Assembly: GCA_019894665.1 (NCBI GenBank)
Contig: JAGXOC010000005.1
Location: 6,724 to 60,989, forward strand
DNA length: 54,266 nt
DNA from: Candidatus Thorarchaeota archaeon
GTDB lineage: Archaea > Asgardarchaeota > Thorarchaeia > Thorarchaeales > Thorarchaeaceae
Reading direction: 5' to 3'
Below, piece by piece: positions 35,147 to 44,679 of the stretch. The notes under the pieces are model-generated. The model had not been told where the DNA came from. It worked only from the letters and a program-made list of their open reading frames with translations, and did no database searches. A program made the position numbers and the translations under genes. Numbering within the stretch: position 1 is the first letter of the stretch; each line of letters begins with the position of its first letter.

Positions 35147-36826
35147 TCAGTGGGTCCAATCGGTGCTCCTAGGCAGAAAAATCTCGAAAGCAACAACTGG
35201 ATAGCCAATTCCAAAGTTTGAGAGTATTTCCGGTGATATCTCCCCGAAGAAACCCCTCTGTTCACCATCGATTTTGATATTTGCAGATCTACCTTGTATG
35301 AAGTCTGAGTTCACTTCTGATTCGAAAGTGAAGTGTTCATCCAACCCAAGGTTTCTCAACAAAAATCCAATCTCAGCCATGAGTTTTGTAATGTTCACTC
35401 TTACGTCAGTCAACAGACCACAGACTGAGGGGACCTGATCAACACGTGTCTCTTTAGACTCATCTGGAATCGCAATGTCTCCAACCTCGAAGATTTTCTG
35501 TGGATAGTCAGCATGTTGGTTCTGCGAGATGAAATCCAGAAGAATGGGTAGGAGTGAGTTCCTGAGAACAGAATAGTTACGACTCTTTGGATTCCCTGTC
35601 GTAACCACGGGGCGATCCCGAAGCATTCTATCATTGAGTAATTCAGGCGAACTCATGATGTAATTCATTACTTCGTGATAACCCATTCCCACCATGAGGT
35701 CTCGGACCTTGTTCTTGAGTCTGGTAACTGGATTGACCTTTCCCAAAGTCATTGTCTGAGGCATTGCTGGTAGCAGATTGTCGAAACCATATCCTATAGC
35801 AATGTCTTCTATAACATCGACAGGATGAAGTATGTCCATTCTGTACTTGGGAATAAGAACCTGAACTTGCTTCACCTTCACCAATTTTGCTCCAAATCCA
35901 GTTCTTTCTAGAGCCTGGATTATCTCATTTCCAGTTAGATCAAGTCCAATCATTGCGTTGATGTCAACAACATCGATTGTCATGTTCTCTGGTCTGAAAT
36001 CTGGAGTTTCATCAGTGGTACCATCCGGGTATTCCACAGTGACAGATTCGACTTTTCCACCTCTCTCAGCAAGAGACGCCGTGATGATATTCAATGCTTG
36101 ATGGACTGTGAGAAGATGAGTCCCTGTAACCTCTACAAAGAGATTCCTAGTTTCGGTCGTCATACGACCTAGGTAGTTGCTGTTGATGATTGGTGGAAGA
36201 CTTAGCACCTGGTCTTTCGAGTCATAGAGTAGAGGCCATTTCTTATGAGCCTGGATAATTGGTCCAAATTCTACGCCTTTCTCATGATCTTTCATGATTG
36301 TTGGGCCATCCATCTCAATCTCATAACCTAACGGTACAAACTTTATCTTCTCAGGAATTTGAGGTCCATAGAATACTGGGAATTCAAGGTCATCATAGAC
36401 ATAGAGACCTATGCTTGCCTTCTTTCTGTTTCTGCCATGGGTTGATGTGAGAGCATCTTGTAGATGCATGTATTCCTTGATCAACTCGTCGTCAGATGGA
36501 ATCCCCTTAATGATTGAACAGCAAATGAATGGCCTAATTTTATTGAGACCTGGTTTGACGATGATCTGTTTGCCGGACTTTTTCACCGGATATTTCTTCA
36601 ATCCTGATTCAAAACGTAAGAAAGCCCTGACGACCCGTGCAATGCCCTCGGTGGAGAGCATATCTTGACGGTCTGGATTTACTTCAATCTCAATGATGTT
36701 GCCTTCAATCTTCTCAATCTCGGCTTTCACTAGGAAGAGCGTATCCTCTAGTTTTTTCATGGAAAGTTTCTTTCCAATCAGTGAAAGAAGGTCATCGATT
36801 CTACATTCTACAATCATGATCTTCAC
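35147..36826 (-). CDS. pheT: Phenylalanine-tRNA ligase beta subunit (archaeal/eukaryotic type)
   Basis: NPDRxDMLSxEGIAR, SLPPIINS, RxDILHxVDxIEDIAIGYG motifs. Confidence 0.96.
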   Translation of the reverse strand: MKIMIVECRIDDLLSLIGKKLSMKKLEDTLFLVKAEIEKIEGNIIEIEVNPDRQDMLSTEGIARVVRAFLRFESGLKKYPVKKSGKQIIVKPGLNKIRPFICCSIIKGIPSDDELIKEYMHLQDALTSTHGRNRKKASIGLYVYDDLEFPVFYGPQIPEKIKFVPLGYEIEMDGPTIMKDHEKGVEFGPIIQAHKKWPLLYDSKDQVLSLPPIINSNYLGRMTTETRNLFVEVTGTHLLTVHQALNIITASLAERGGKVESVTVEYPDGTTDETPDFRPENMTIDVVDINAMIGLDLTGNEIIQALERTGFGAKLVKVKQVQVLIPKYRMDILHPVDVIEDIAIGYGFDNLLPAMPQTMTLGKVNPVTRLKNKVRDLMVGMGYHEVMNYIMSSPELLNDRMLRDRPVVTTGNPKSRNYSVLRNSLLPILLDFISQNQHADYPQKIFEVGDIAIPDESKETRVDQVPSVCGLLTDVRVNITKLMAEIGFLLRNLGLDEHFTFESEVNSDFIQGRSANIKIDGEQRGFFGEISPEILSNFGIGYPVVAFEIFLPRSTDWTH

Positions 36827-38335
36827 CTACCTCACGAAATGGCTCCTCCTAAGCCAATTCAGATCCCGCGAGAAGAGATCTCTGATATCATTGATTCCCA
36901 TTGCCGCCATGTAGAGCCTTCCGGACCCGAGACCCCATGCAAGAACTGTCTCCTTAATTCCCAGTGGCCGAGTAACCTCTGGTCTAAAGATACCTGACCC
37001 TCCAAGTTCTATCCATCCAAGTTTTTCGTGCTTTCCGAAGGTTTCTACACTGGGCTCAGTGAATGGGAATTGCCCTGGCTTGAACTTCAACTTCTCAATA
37101 CCCACTCCTTTGCATATTGAAGTGAGGTATCCAAGAAGGTCTCTTAGTGATAATCCCTTATCCATAATTATGCCTTCACACTGGTCGAACTCTTGACCGT
37201 GCGTTGCACTAAGTGTTTCAGACCTGAAGTTGCGGTCAATGATGAACATCTTCTGAGGACCCTCCCGGTGTTCGTAGAGGAACCTCATGGATACTGGAGT
37301 TGTGTGTGGACGTAGACAGAGTCTGGTGGCCACCTCTTCACTATAAGGCCAATCCCATCCCTTTGACCCAGTATCACCACCATTTTCATGAACTGCCTTC
37401 ACCGCCTTGTAGTATTTCCTGTCCATAATGAACCCATGGTCATAGGGGGCTGCAACTCTGAATTGGTCCTGGACTTCACGCGCAACATGGTCTTGCGGAA
37501 CGAAGAGCGTATCATGACCCCAGAATTCAGTTTCAACATAAGGTCCGAACCATTCTGTGAACCCTAACCCAACCATAATTTCTCTGAGCCAGTCATTGAA
37601 TTCAGCATAGGGGTGTTTTTTCCCATAGTTTGCATACGCTGGTTGGATGTCAACATTGTACGGTCTGAATGATTCTTTTTTCCAAGCACCGCTAGAAAGA
37701 ATCTCCGGTGTGAGGTCACCAAGGCCTTTTACTCCGACAGAGAGCAATTGGTCTACCTCTCCGAGTTTTGCTCCAATAATCTCAGCTTCGAATTTCTTTG
37801 TAACCACCTCGGAGACCAGTTTTCTTTCGAGGGCTTGCTTCAAAGATTCGGTATGTGTCGTGGATACTGACTCTTTTCCTGTGGAAAGTTGTTCGAGCAC
37901 ATCTGACATTTCAGATTCAGGAGTATCGACCAAGGAACGTAGTACAGTCGTTCCATCCTCTTTGGATATCTGTACCCATCCATTCTTGCGAGCCCAGTTC
38001 ATAGCAATGCCTTTGGTATTTGGATCAAGTCCTGAATGAGCAACAGCATCATCAAAGGTGGCCTTGCCGCCAAGCACTTTCACTCCACTAAAGAGTAGGA
38101 CCTCAGGAAGCCCAGATTCAACATATCCCAGTCCTTCATTTGTAAGTGAATGCGATACTATCTCTCTAGTATGAATCTGTACAAGACTCCTACTTGCCAG
38201 CGAGTTGAGAATCGAAATTACTCGTTCCTCTCCCTGATTGAGATTATTCGCAAGCTGTGAGGCTGGAACACGCTGACCTAGGTTCATTAGTTCTCTGAGT
38301 ACGGTTCGCTGTCCTTCTGTCAACTGTTCGCTCAT
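36827..38335 (-). CDS. pheS: Phenylalanine-tRNA ligase alpha subunit
   Basis: PQDHVARE, LRPHTT, FRSE..ATHxxEFxQ, FPFTEPS and SGIFRPEV motifs. Confidence 0.97.
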   Translation of the reverse strand: MSEQLTEGQRTVLRELMNLGQRVPASQLANNLNQGEERVISILNSLASRSLVQIHTREIVSHSLTNEGLGYVESGLPEVLLFSGVKVLGGKATFDDAVAHSGLDPNTKGIAMNWARKNGWVQISKEDGTTVLRSLVDTPESEMSDVLEQLSTGKESVSTTHTESLKQALERKLVSEVVTKKFEAEIIGAKLGEVDQLLSVGVKGLGDLTPEILSSGAWKKESFRPYNVDIQPAYANYGKKHPYAEFNDWLREIMVGLGFTEWFGPYVETEFWGHDTLFVPQDHVAREVQDQFRVAAPYDHGFIMDRKYYKAVKAVHENGGDTGSKGWDWPYSEEVATRLCLRPHTTPVSMRFLYEHREGPQKMFIIDRNFRSETLSATHGQEFDQCEGIIMDKGLSLRDLLGYLTSICKGVGIEKLKFKPGQFPFTEPSVETFGKHEKLGWIELGGSGIFRPEVTRPLGIKETVLAWGLGSGRLYMAAMGINDIRDLFSRDLNWLRRSHFVR

Positions 38336-38661
38336 GTGTCACTCAAAACTCCTAAGCCCATTAGATTCAATCGGGATTGACACGCCGTATAACCTCTGTT
38401 TTGGTACAATGAATGACCCCTCATGGGGTGGGTGTAAATTGGCGGTTATCCATCCGTCCTTCACCTATTTGAACCTGACACATCGGGTTCACCTTTTTAA
38501 TCTGTCGCCAAAAGCCTGTTTTCGTAACTAAAGGGAGCCTTTGTGGTAGTGTTACGTCGCAATGTTCAAATACGCTCACTCAGGCATTCCAGTCGGCAGG
38601 TATAAACCGCCTCTGATTTTGATGAAATCAGCAAAACCGTATTACTGTGAAGGTGAAGGAT

Positions 38662-39741
38662 ATGTCCGCAGAGAGACACAAGCTTAGGCGTAAGGTAGAA
38701 CAGCTCAAGGCTTACCAAGGACGCCATAGTTCGTTCACCACAATTTATATTCCCCCCTCAAAGAACCTTACAGATGTCATCAGCTTTGTGAAGTCGGAGC
38801 TTGCTGGTGCTGAGAATATCAAGAGCAAGGCTAACCGAAAGCATGTTTCTGACAATCTTACTGCCATACTTAGCGAACTCACAATAATAGGTGGGATCCC
38901 TGAGAACGGATTAGCCTTCTTCTATGGGGTTGAGGAAGAAGGTGGTACGGAGAGTGAGATTCGAGAGCTTGTTGTTCCACCTACACCGGTATCCCAGTTC
39001 ATCTATCTCTGTGGGAGAGAGTTTGTCACCGAAGAACTCGAAAACATGACGAAACCTAAGAGCCTGGTTGTAATTGTTCTAATCGAAGGTGGCAAAGTCA
39101 CGGTCGGATACCTCCGTGGCAAGCACATGGAGCTTATTCGCGACGAAGACTTTTTCATCATAGGCAAGACACGAGCTGGGGGTCAATCGGCGAAAAGATA
39201 CATGCGACTTCGCGAAGAGAAAATGATGGAGTTCTTCAAGTTCGTGGGTCGGTTGCTTAACAATCTCCTGGTTGATGATCTTGAGAACATCGATGCAATT
39301 GTCTTGGGAGGGAACACAATTCGGGCACAGGAGTTCCTAGAGAAGGGTGACCTTGACTATAGACTCCGAGAGAAAGTTGCAGAGACTATCATTCCTGTGA
39401 GTATCATTGATGAGACCGGTCTCTTTCAAGCCATGAAAGAAGCCTCACGGGTTCTTCGTGAAACGGAGATCTATGCTGAACGAGAGACTTGGGAACAATT
39501 CATAGATGACTTGATGAAGGGCTTAACAACTGTGACCTATGGAAAGACAGAGGTCATGGATGCGCTTCATGAAGGTCGCGTGGATACCATCATGGTGCTT
39601 GAAGATCTCTCTGATCAGATGGATGAACTTTATGATGACGTAACCGCATATGGCAGCAAATTACTAGTTTTCTCAAACCAAACTGAATCCGGAGCACAAC
39701 TGAAGGGTTTTGGTGGGATAGCTGCCCGTCTCCGATGGTAA
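38662..39741 (+). CDS. prf1: Peptide chain release factor aRF1 (divergent, compact)
   Basis: NIKS, YxCxxxF, GGQSAxR and FGGIAAxLR motifs; GGTGA SD motif before ATG 38662. Confidence 0.88.
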   Translation: MSAERHKLRRKVEQLKAYQGRHSSFTTIYIPPSKNLTDVISFVKSELAGAENIKSKANRKHVSDNLTAILSELTIIGGIPENGLAFFYGVEEEGGTESEIRELVVPPTPVSQFIYLCGREFVTEELENMTKPKSLVVIVLIEGGKVTVGYLRGKHMELIRDEDFFIIGKTRAGGQSAKRYMRLREEKMMEFFKFVGRLLNNLLVDDLENIDAIVLGGNTIRAQEFLEKGDLDYRLREKVAETIIPVSIIDETGLFQAMKEASRVLRETEIYAERETWEQFIDDLMKGLTTVTYGKTEVMDALHEGRVDTIMVLEDLSDQMDELYDDVTAYGSKLLVFSNQTESGAQLKGFGGIAARLRW

Positions 39742-39757
39742 TGAAAATGGATAATTT

Positions 39758-40174
39758 CTAACCTCTTGGTGGTCGAGGCATGCCTTTCAAAGTTTCAATA
39801 TCCTCAATCCACTTTACCAATTCATTGCTAATTCCGTTGATGTATTCTACTAGCACCTGTTGATATTTTCGCAAATGGTGCTGCTCCAGCTTTTTTGATT
39901 TTGCAAGGAAGTCCTTAGCTCTTCTTGGAAATCCCGTTGACCACCGTCGAAGACTGAGCTCAGCTTTTCTGTCCTCAAGTATCTTCTTCGCCACACGGAT
40001 TGTACGTCGCTTAGCGATGAGATCTTCAAGTAACTTCTGGAGTGTGATGGTTGCTGCTACAAGCTCTTTGGCATCTAGTTTTGCATCCTCATTACGACTG
40101 GTGTAGTAGACTCGTTTGAGGTCTCTTTTGGCTGACATCACATGCGTCAGAAGCCTTGTCAATGAATGAACCAT
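39758..40174 (-). CDS. Hypothetical basic all-helical protein
   Basis: ORF with coiled-coil character; start placed at ATG 40174, downstream of a CTTTTTA TATA-like motif. Confidence 0.6.
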   Translation of the reverse strand: MVHSLTRLLTHVMSAKRDLKRVYYTSRNEDAKLDAKELVAATITLQKLLEDLIAKRRTIRVAKKILEDRKAELSLRRWSTGFPRRAKDFLAKSKKLEQHHLRKYQQVLVEYINGISNELVKWIEDIETLKGMPRPPRG

Positions 40175-40240
40175 GGCATCTTTCTGTTGTGTCCGTGACG
40201 TAAAAAGGTCTGTGTTGCTATATCCCCCAGCCGTCAAATG

Positions 40241-40900
40241 TTAAGCTATGGAAAAATTGCATTTGCCGTTGCTATAGGGACATACTTTGCATCTACTTTG
40301 TTCCTGGGCAGGTCTGGGTTTTCGGCTGTGGTACCACACCTCATCCAATTTTCTGAGCTTTCTAAGCACACTCTTTGGTTTGAAGTGGTTCACGAATACC
40401 TTTCCATCACCACATTTCCAACATTCCCTGATTGATTTTCGATCCAGGCATCTCTTTGCATTGTCCTGCAGGCAATAGATTGTCACTAATCTTGTTGACG
40501 AACATGACGCACCACTATCAAGAAGTGCAAGTGCATAGAGCCCTGACTGAAACACATCCTCCTTTCTTGCTTGTTTTGGAAGATGTTTCACAGGAAACTT
40601 ATACTCGATGATAAGATCCAATATTGTTGCCTTTCTCCAATGAAGAACTGCACCATCAAGCCTTCCAACAAATCTATGACCCAATGACCTCACATTCTCT
40701 TCAGAGAAGAAATAATATTGATTTAGTTTCCTTCTATTGGTTTTAAATTTGAGGAACTCTGCTAGACTCCAAGGTGCTGAAATTGCCCTCCTCATCTTCA
40801 TTCCAATTGTAGCGAAACCCGTTCCTGGTTGTAATTTGAGAAGGAGAACTATTCCACTGATGAACACGACCATCAAGAACAGAGCAGCTAGGTTACTCAT
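40241..40900 (-). CDS. PD-(D/E)XK Cas4-like nuclease, C-terminal half, with N-terminal TM helix
   Basis: GRLDG (motif II), IIEYKF (motif III), QxxxY (FQSGLY), terminal CKVCPYxxxxC. Confidence 0.7.
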   Translation of the reverse strand: MSNLAALFLMVVFISGIVLLLKLQPGTGFATIGMKMRRAISAPWSLAEFLKFKTNRRKLNQYYFFSEENVRSLGHRFVGRLDGAVLHWRKATILDLIIEYKFPVKHLPKQARKEDVFQSGLYALALLDSGASCSSTRLVTIYCLQDNAKRCLDRKSIRECWKCGDGKVFVNHFKPKSVLRKLRKLDEVWYHSRKPRPAQEQSRCKVCPYSNGKCNFSIA

Positions 40901-40904
40901 TTAA

Positions 40905-41174
40905 TCACCCGAAAATCCACACGAATCCTGCAATTAGTATCAAGATAATTATCACCAAAGGTGCCAGTCGATTCTCTGTCTTCTCAACATTCAGCTTGTA
41001 TGACTGAATAGACACACGACTGTGTAGCTCTGTCCCGATTACGCTAGCTAGCGAATGAGTGTCTCCAAGTTTTTGCTTCAGATACAGACGATATTCGCAC
41101 TGAAACTGCGTTCTCAGTGCAGAAACTTCTCGCATCTTATGATAAGGTCCTTTTTCTGCCTCGCTTAGCCTCAT
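40905..41174 (-). CDS. Cas4-like N-terminal module with C-terminal TM helix
   Basis: VSAL..QFQCEYRLYL and GTELH (motif I) followed by a hydrophobic helix. Confidence 0.6.
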   Translation of the reverse strand: MRLSEAEKGPYHKMREVSALRTQFQCEYRLYLKQKLGDTHSLASVIGTELHSRVSIQSYKLNVEKTENRLAPLVIIILILIAGFVWIFG

Positions 41175-41302
41175 AGCAGGTCAGAGTACTGTTTTTGACA
41201 ATCCTACAAAAGGACCACACATCAGACAAAACAGTAGAGATTCACTTATATTCGAGTTTGAGGAGTTACATCATCAGGATTTCGCTACGGAGACCAAAGC
41301 TG

Positions 41303-41725
41303 ATGTCAGACGAAACCTACGAAGGTGCAACCGCCGGAAAAGTATTAGTTTTTGATGCAAGTGAGACCGTTAAATTTCCATCTGCTTTCAAAAACGCTAT
41401 GGGGACCAATCAAGGTTTGATGGTTCTAGTGCACAAAGACCGACTCATCAAGATATTCCCCCTCGAGAGTGATGAAGTTTTATTCCTCAGTCTTGAGATT
41501 GGAAAACTCACAAATGACTTCTTGACCAAACTTTCTCAGATTTTCAAGAAGGCAGGTCTCGTTGATCTCTTATTCTCAACGGGAGTGTGTCTCCGTGGAA
41601 CAAGATGTTTTTACGAGTGCTACTTTAACCCTGGACAACTCAGTTCGGATCTTGCTGAACTTGAGAATTCACTCAAGGTTCTAGATGGAGTTCAAAGAGT
41701 TGTTGTTGAACGGGTATCAGTTTGA
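41303..41725 (+). CDS. Hypothetical protein, possibly AbrB-like N-terminus plus ACT-like domain
   Basis: D..xxVKFPxxFKxAMG resembles a swapped-hairpin start; C-terminal beta-alpha-beta repeats. Fold inferred by eye. Confidence 0.45.
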   Translation: MSDETYEGATAGKVLVFDASETVKFPSAFKNAMGTNQGLMVLVHKDRLIKIFPLESDEVLFLSLEIGKLTNDFLTKLSQIFKKAGLVDLLFSTGVCLRGTRCFYECYFNPGQLSSDLAELENSLKVLDGVQRVVVERVSV

Positions 41726-41769
41726 GTGAGAATCAACTAATTTCAACAAGTAGCATTGGTGTCATTAGT

Positions 41770-42459
41770 ATGCAGGATATTTTCCAATTTATTACAGAGA
41801 TGATTAGTCAAGGCTATGTAGGTCTCTTCATCATCTGTTTTGCAATCAATATGATCCCATTCCTCAGTCCGAGCAATATGGTCCTTGCGGGAGCCGCAGT
41901 TTTGACTTTCTCGATTTTGGGGCCCGTTGGAATACCTGAAGCAGTCCTTATTGGAATAATAGTAGCGATAACCGCCACACTAGCTAAGCTGATTCATTTC
42001 TATGTTGTCAGAGGATCTAGAGTGATTCTCTCAGAGGAGCGACTGAAATCTCTGGATTCAGAAAAGGAACGAGTCAAGAAATGGGGTGCTCTAGCTCTCT
42101 TTATTGCCGCAGCGTCTCCTGTTCCTGATGATCCATTGATTGTCTATGTTGGTCTTACGAAATATAGCACTATCAAGTTCCTAATCAGCTATTTCACAGG
42201 AAAAGTAGCCGTGACAATTGCAGGAGCAATCATTGCTCTTCTTGGACTCGCCTTGGGTGGAGGATTCTTCGAGTCAATGCCTATCGTTGTGGCGTCGATT
42301 GCACTTACTGCCATCATCACTGGAATACTATTCAAACGAAAAACCGAGGGGCAAGAGTCGGATATGCTCCAAGATATTCTTGAAGATGAGCTGATTGGTG
42401 ACGAAGAGTCCGTGAACGAAAGAAATGATACTAATTCATCAGATATTGCGGATTTATGA
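41770..42459 (+). CDS. DedA/VTT (SNARE-associated) family membrane protein
   Basis: GY.GLF..N.IPF..PS and ALFIAAASPVPDD..GL..Y...F...GK motifs. Confidence 0.75.
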   Translation: MQDIFQFITEMISQGYVGLFIICFAINMIPFLSPSNMVLAGAAVLTFSILGPVGIPEAVLIGIIVAITATLAKLIHFYVVRGSRVILSEERLKSLDSEKERVKKWGALALFIAAASPVPDDPLIVYVGLTKYSTIKFLISYFTGKVAVTIAGAIIALLGLALGGGFFESMPIVVASIALTAIITGILFKRKTEGQESDMLQDILEDELIGDEESVNERNDTNSSDIADL

Positions 42460-42508
42460 CTGGTACGGAATTCTTAAGAGGACAGCCAAGAACTTCAATG
42501 TAGTTTAG

Positions 42509-42913
42509 GTGACAATTTTGGTTGGTACAAGTTTAACAGAAGTGAAATGTTCTAAATGCAAGAACGTCTATGAATCAGATGTAATAGACCACATTGATTT
42601 GTCCGAAGACCGAGATATGATTAAATCCCTTAAAACTGGCAAAGCAAATCGGACTCAATGTCCGAAATGCAAGAAAGTCATGTATCTGTCACGAAGTATT
42701 GTTGTGAACTTTGAACCCGAAAATAGAATTGTTGTCTTTGACCCGTCGGCTCAAACTAAAGAAGCCAAGGACGAATTCATAGAAGATTATCGCAGTGTGA
42801 CTTCATACAACGAAACCCTTAGTGAGGTCGGCGAGGAAACCGAATTCATTGTCATCAGCAAATTGGACAAACTCAAGGAAATGCTTGATGAATATGTGAA
42901 AGCACGTAAGTAA
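42509..42913 (+). CDS. CpXC-like zinc-binding protein
   Basis: Two CxxC pairs (CSKC, CPKC) separated by about 35 aa. Confidence 0.6.
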   Translation: MTILVGTSLTEVKCSKCKNVYESDVIDHIDLSEDRDMIKSLKTGKANRTQCPKCKKVMYLSRSIVVNFEPENRIVVFDPSAQTKEAKDEFIEDYRSVTSYNETLSEVGEETEFIVISKLDKLKEMLDEYVKARK

Positions 42914-42917
42914 TTTG

Positions 42918-43017
42918 CTAGAGCTTTCGTTTTCCTAACAGGAACTCCTCAACCCAACGTTCTGCCCTATACATGGTTGTAGGTGTTGGTGGCATTTTGA
43001 AACCATAGGCTGAGATT
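42918..43017 (-). pseudogene. Diverged duplicate of the last 100 bp of ino1 (43603-43702)
   Basis: Translates to ISAYGFKMPPTPTTMYRAERWVEEFLLGKRKL*; 85/100 nt identical by hand alignment. Confidence 0.9.
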
Positions 43018-43110
43018 AACCATTGTAAGTGGTTATTCTCCTGTTCAGTGTGAGTTGGGTGAAACAAAGGATTAATTATGATTGTTTACCATATAACGCA
43101 GTTGAGAAAA

Positions 43111-43491
43111 ATGAAAACAGTTGGTTATTTTGACGGGACAGACTCATCACTTCTTACAATATTAGCTGCAAGTGGATTCTGTACTTTGCCACTGGGAAAT
43201 GAATGGGACAATCATGGAAAGATTGCATCCCACCTTCAACCCGGTGAAGTGGACATCATAATTGCATATTTGCACAAACTACTACCAACCAGTAAAGACG
43301 TGGAAAGACCAATACCAATACCTCTTAATTTGCTCTACCCGGCTAAGACGTATAATATCCCAGTCTTAGTAGTTGTTCCCAAAGATTTTCATGAGAAGGC
43401 AGAAAATCTCTTGGGGAAAGCTGCAGACTTTGTCAACATTGTGACACCCGAGGACCTTGAGGAGAACGTTCGAAAGATTCTTGATTTCTGA
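43111..43491 (+). CDS. Hypothetical alpha/beta (receiver-like) protein
   Basis: Intact ORF with alternating beta/alpha pattern (TVGYFDG, VDIIIAYLHK, IPVLVVVP). Confidence 0.65.
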   Translation: MKTVGYFDGTDSSLLTILAASGFCTLPLGNEWDNHGKIASHLQPGEVDIIIAYLHKLLPTSKDVERPIPIPLNLLYPAKTYNIPVLVVVPKDFHEKAENLLGKAADFVNIVTPEDLEENVRKILDF

Positions 43492-43602
43492 TAACACTCA
43501 GATGCAATATTGGAATCGTGCATTAACCAAGTGGCAAGAGGTTGAGGTTCCTAAGGACTACAACCAGACGCGATTAGGGAGCTTCTATAGCAAACTGGTT
43601 AA

Positions 43603-44679
43603 CTAGACCTTTCTCTTCCCTAACAGGAACTCTTCAACCCATCTCTCAGCTCTATACATTGTTGTAGGTACTGGGGGCATTTTGAAGCCATAGGCTGAGA
43701 TTGATTCTAGAGACCCACTAAGACCTCTCTTCAAAGCTAGCTTTGTACCTCTGATAGCATCCATGAGTATAGGACCTGCGTTGGGGCCGTCCGTGACTTC
43801 CATTCGGATGTCTATTTTTACTGGAGCCCCTCCAAACTGACGTCCGTGAATATAGAAGAAGGAATCCCGGCTATTGTCCATAAATGAAACGAAATCGCTA
43901 GATCCTGCAACCAATGGGGCATCATAGGGCAAGTCTTGGCTAATCGCTTCGCTCTTAACGCCTCGTTTCCTCATCCTACCCCTGTAGTGGGAATCAAGTG
44001 ACTCCGCCCCACCACCAATATCGAGCTGGTAGCTTTCATCCACCTGGACACCTCTTGATACTAAGAGCTGGAGGATGCTGCGATGAAGTACTGTAGAGCC
44101 TAACTGGTCTTGAATGTCATCTCCAACTAATGGGAGACCTTTCTCTTCAAATTTCTTACTCCATTCAAGATCTGATGCAATCGGTATTGGGGCACCATTG
44201 ATGAAGGCACAACCAGCTTCGAGAGCTACGTTTGCATAATACTTGGTGGCTTCTTCTGCTGAACCGGGAATCAGGTTGATGAGAATCTCGGCTCCTGAAT
44301 CCTTGAGAACCTTCACCACATCCGCATCTTCAGCCGTTGAAACAGTGACAAGCGCCCTGAGCACGTCATCAATACCATCAAGTGCAGGCCCCTTCATCAC
44401 TTCAACACCAGTTTTTGGAACTTTGGCAAAAGCCATCACGTTGTTTGGTTTCGCAAATATTGCGTCTGCAAGATCAACACCCACTTTGGTGTCTGCTACA
44501 TCAAAAGCTGCAACAAACTGGATGTCTTTCACATGAAATCCTGCAAAATCAGGATGCCCAAGACCAATGACATCTTCACTAGATGTTGCTTTCATGTAGA
44601 ACTCAACACCCTGTACAAGCGCGCTTGCACAATTACCTACTCCAACAATCGCGACTTTTATTCCGTTCAAATGTGACAC
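43603..44679 (-). CDS. ino1: myo-Inositol-3-phosphate synthase
   Basis: GVGNCASALVQG, VAAFDV, GDDI..QLGST, DxPNxxPILxDAIR motifs. Confidence 0.92.
   Translation of the reverse strand: MSHLNGIKVAIVGVGNCASALVQGVEFYMKATSSEDVIGLGHPDFAGFHVKDIQFVAAFDVADTKVGVDLADAIFAKPNNVMAFAKVPKTGVEVMKGPALDGIDDVLRALVTVSTAEDADVVKVLKDSGAEILINLIPGSAEEATKYYANVALEAGCAFINGAPIPIASDLEWSKKFEEKGLPLVGDDIQDQLGSTVLHRSILQLLVSRGVQVDESYQLDIGGGAESLDSHYRGRMRKRGVKSEAISQDLPYDAPLVAGSSDFVSFMDNSRDSFFYIHGRQFGGAPVKIDIRMEVTDGPNAGPILMDAIRGTKLALKRGLSGSLESISAYGFKMPPVPTTMYRAERWVEEFLLGKRKV

Noticed and set aside
42918-43702. ino1 duplicate as a DGR template/variable repeat pair or an IS target-site duplication
   Set aside because: Mismatches are mostly synonymous and not adenine-specific; no reverse transcriptase, transposase or integrase is present.
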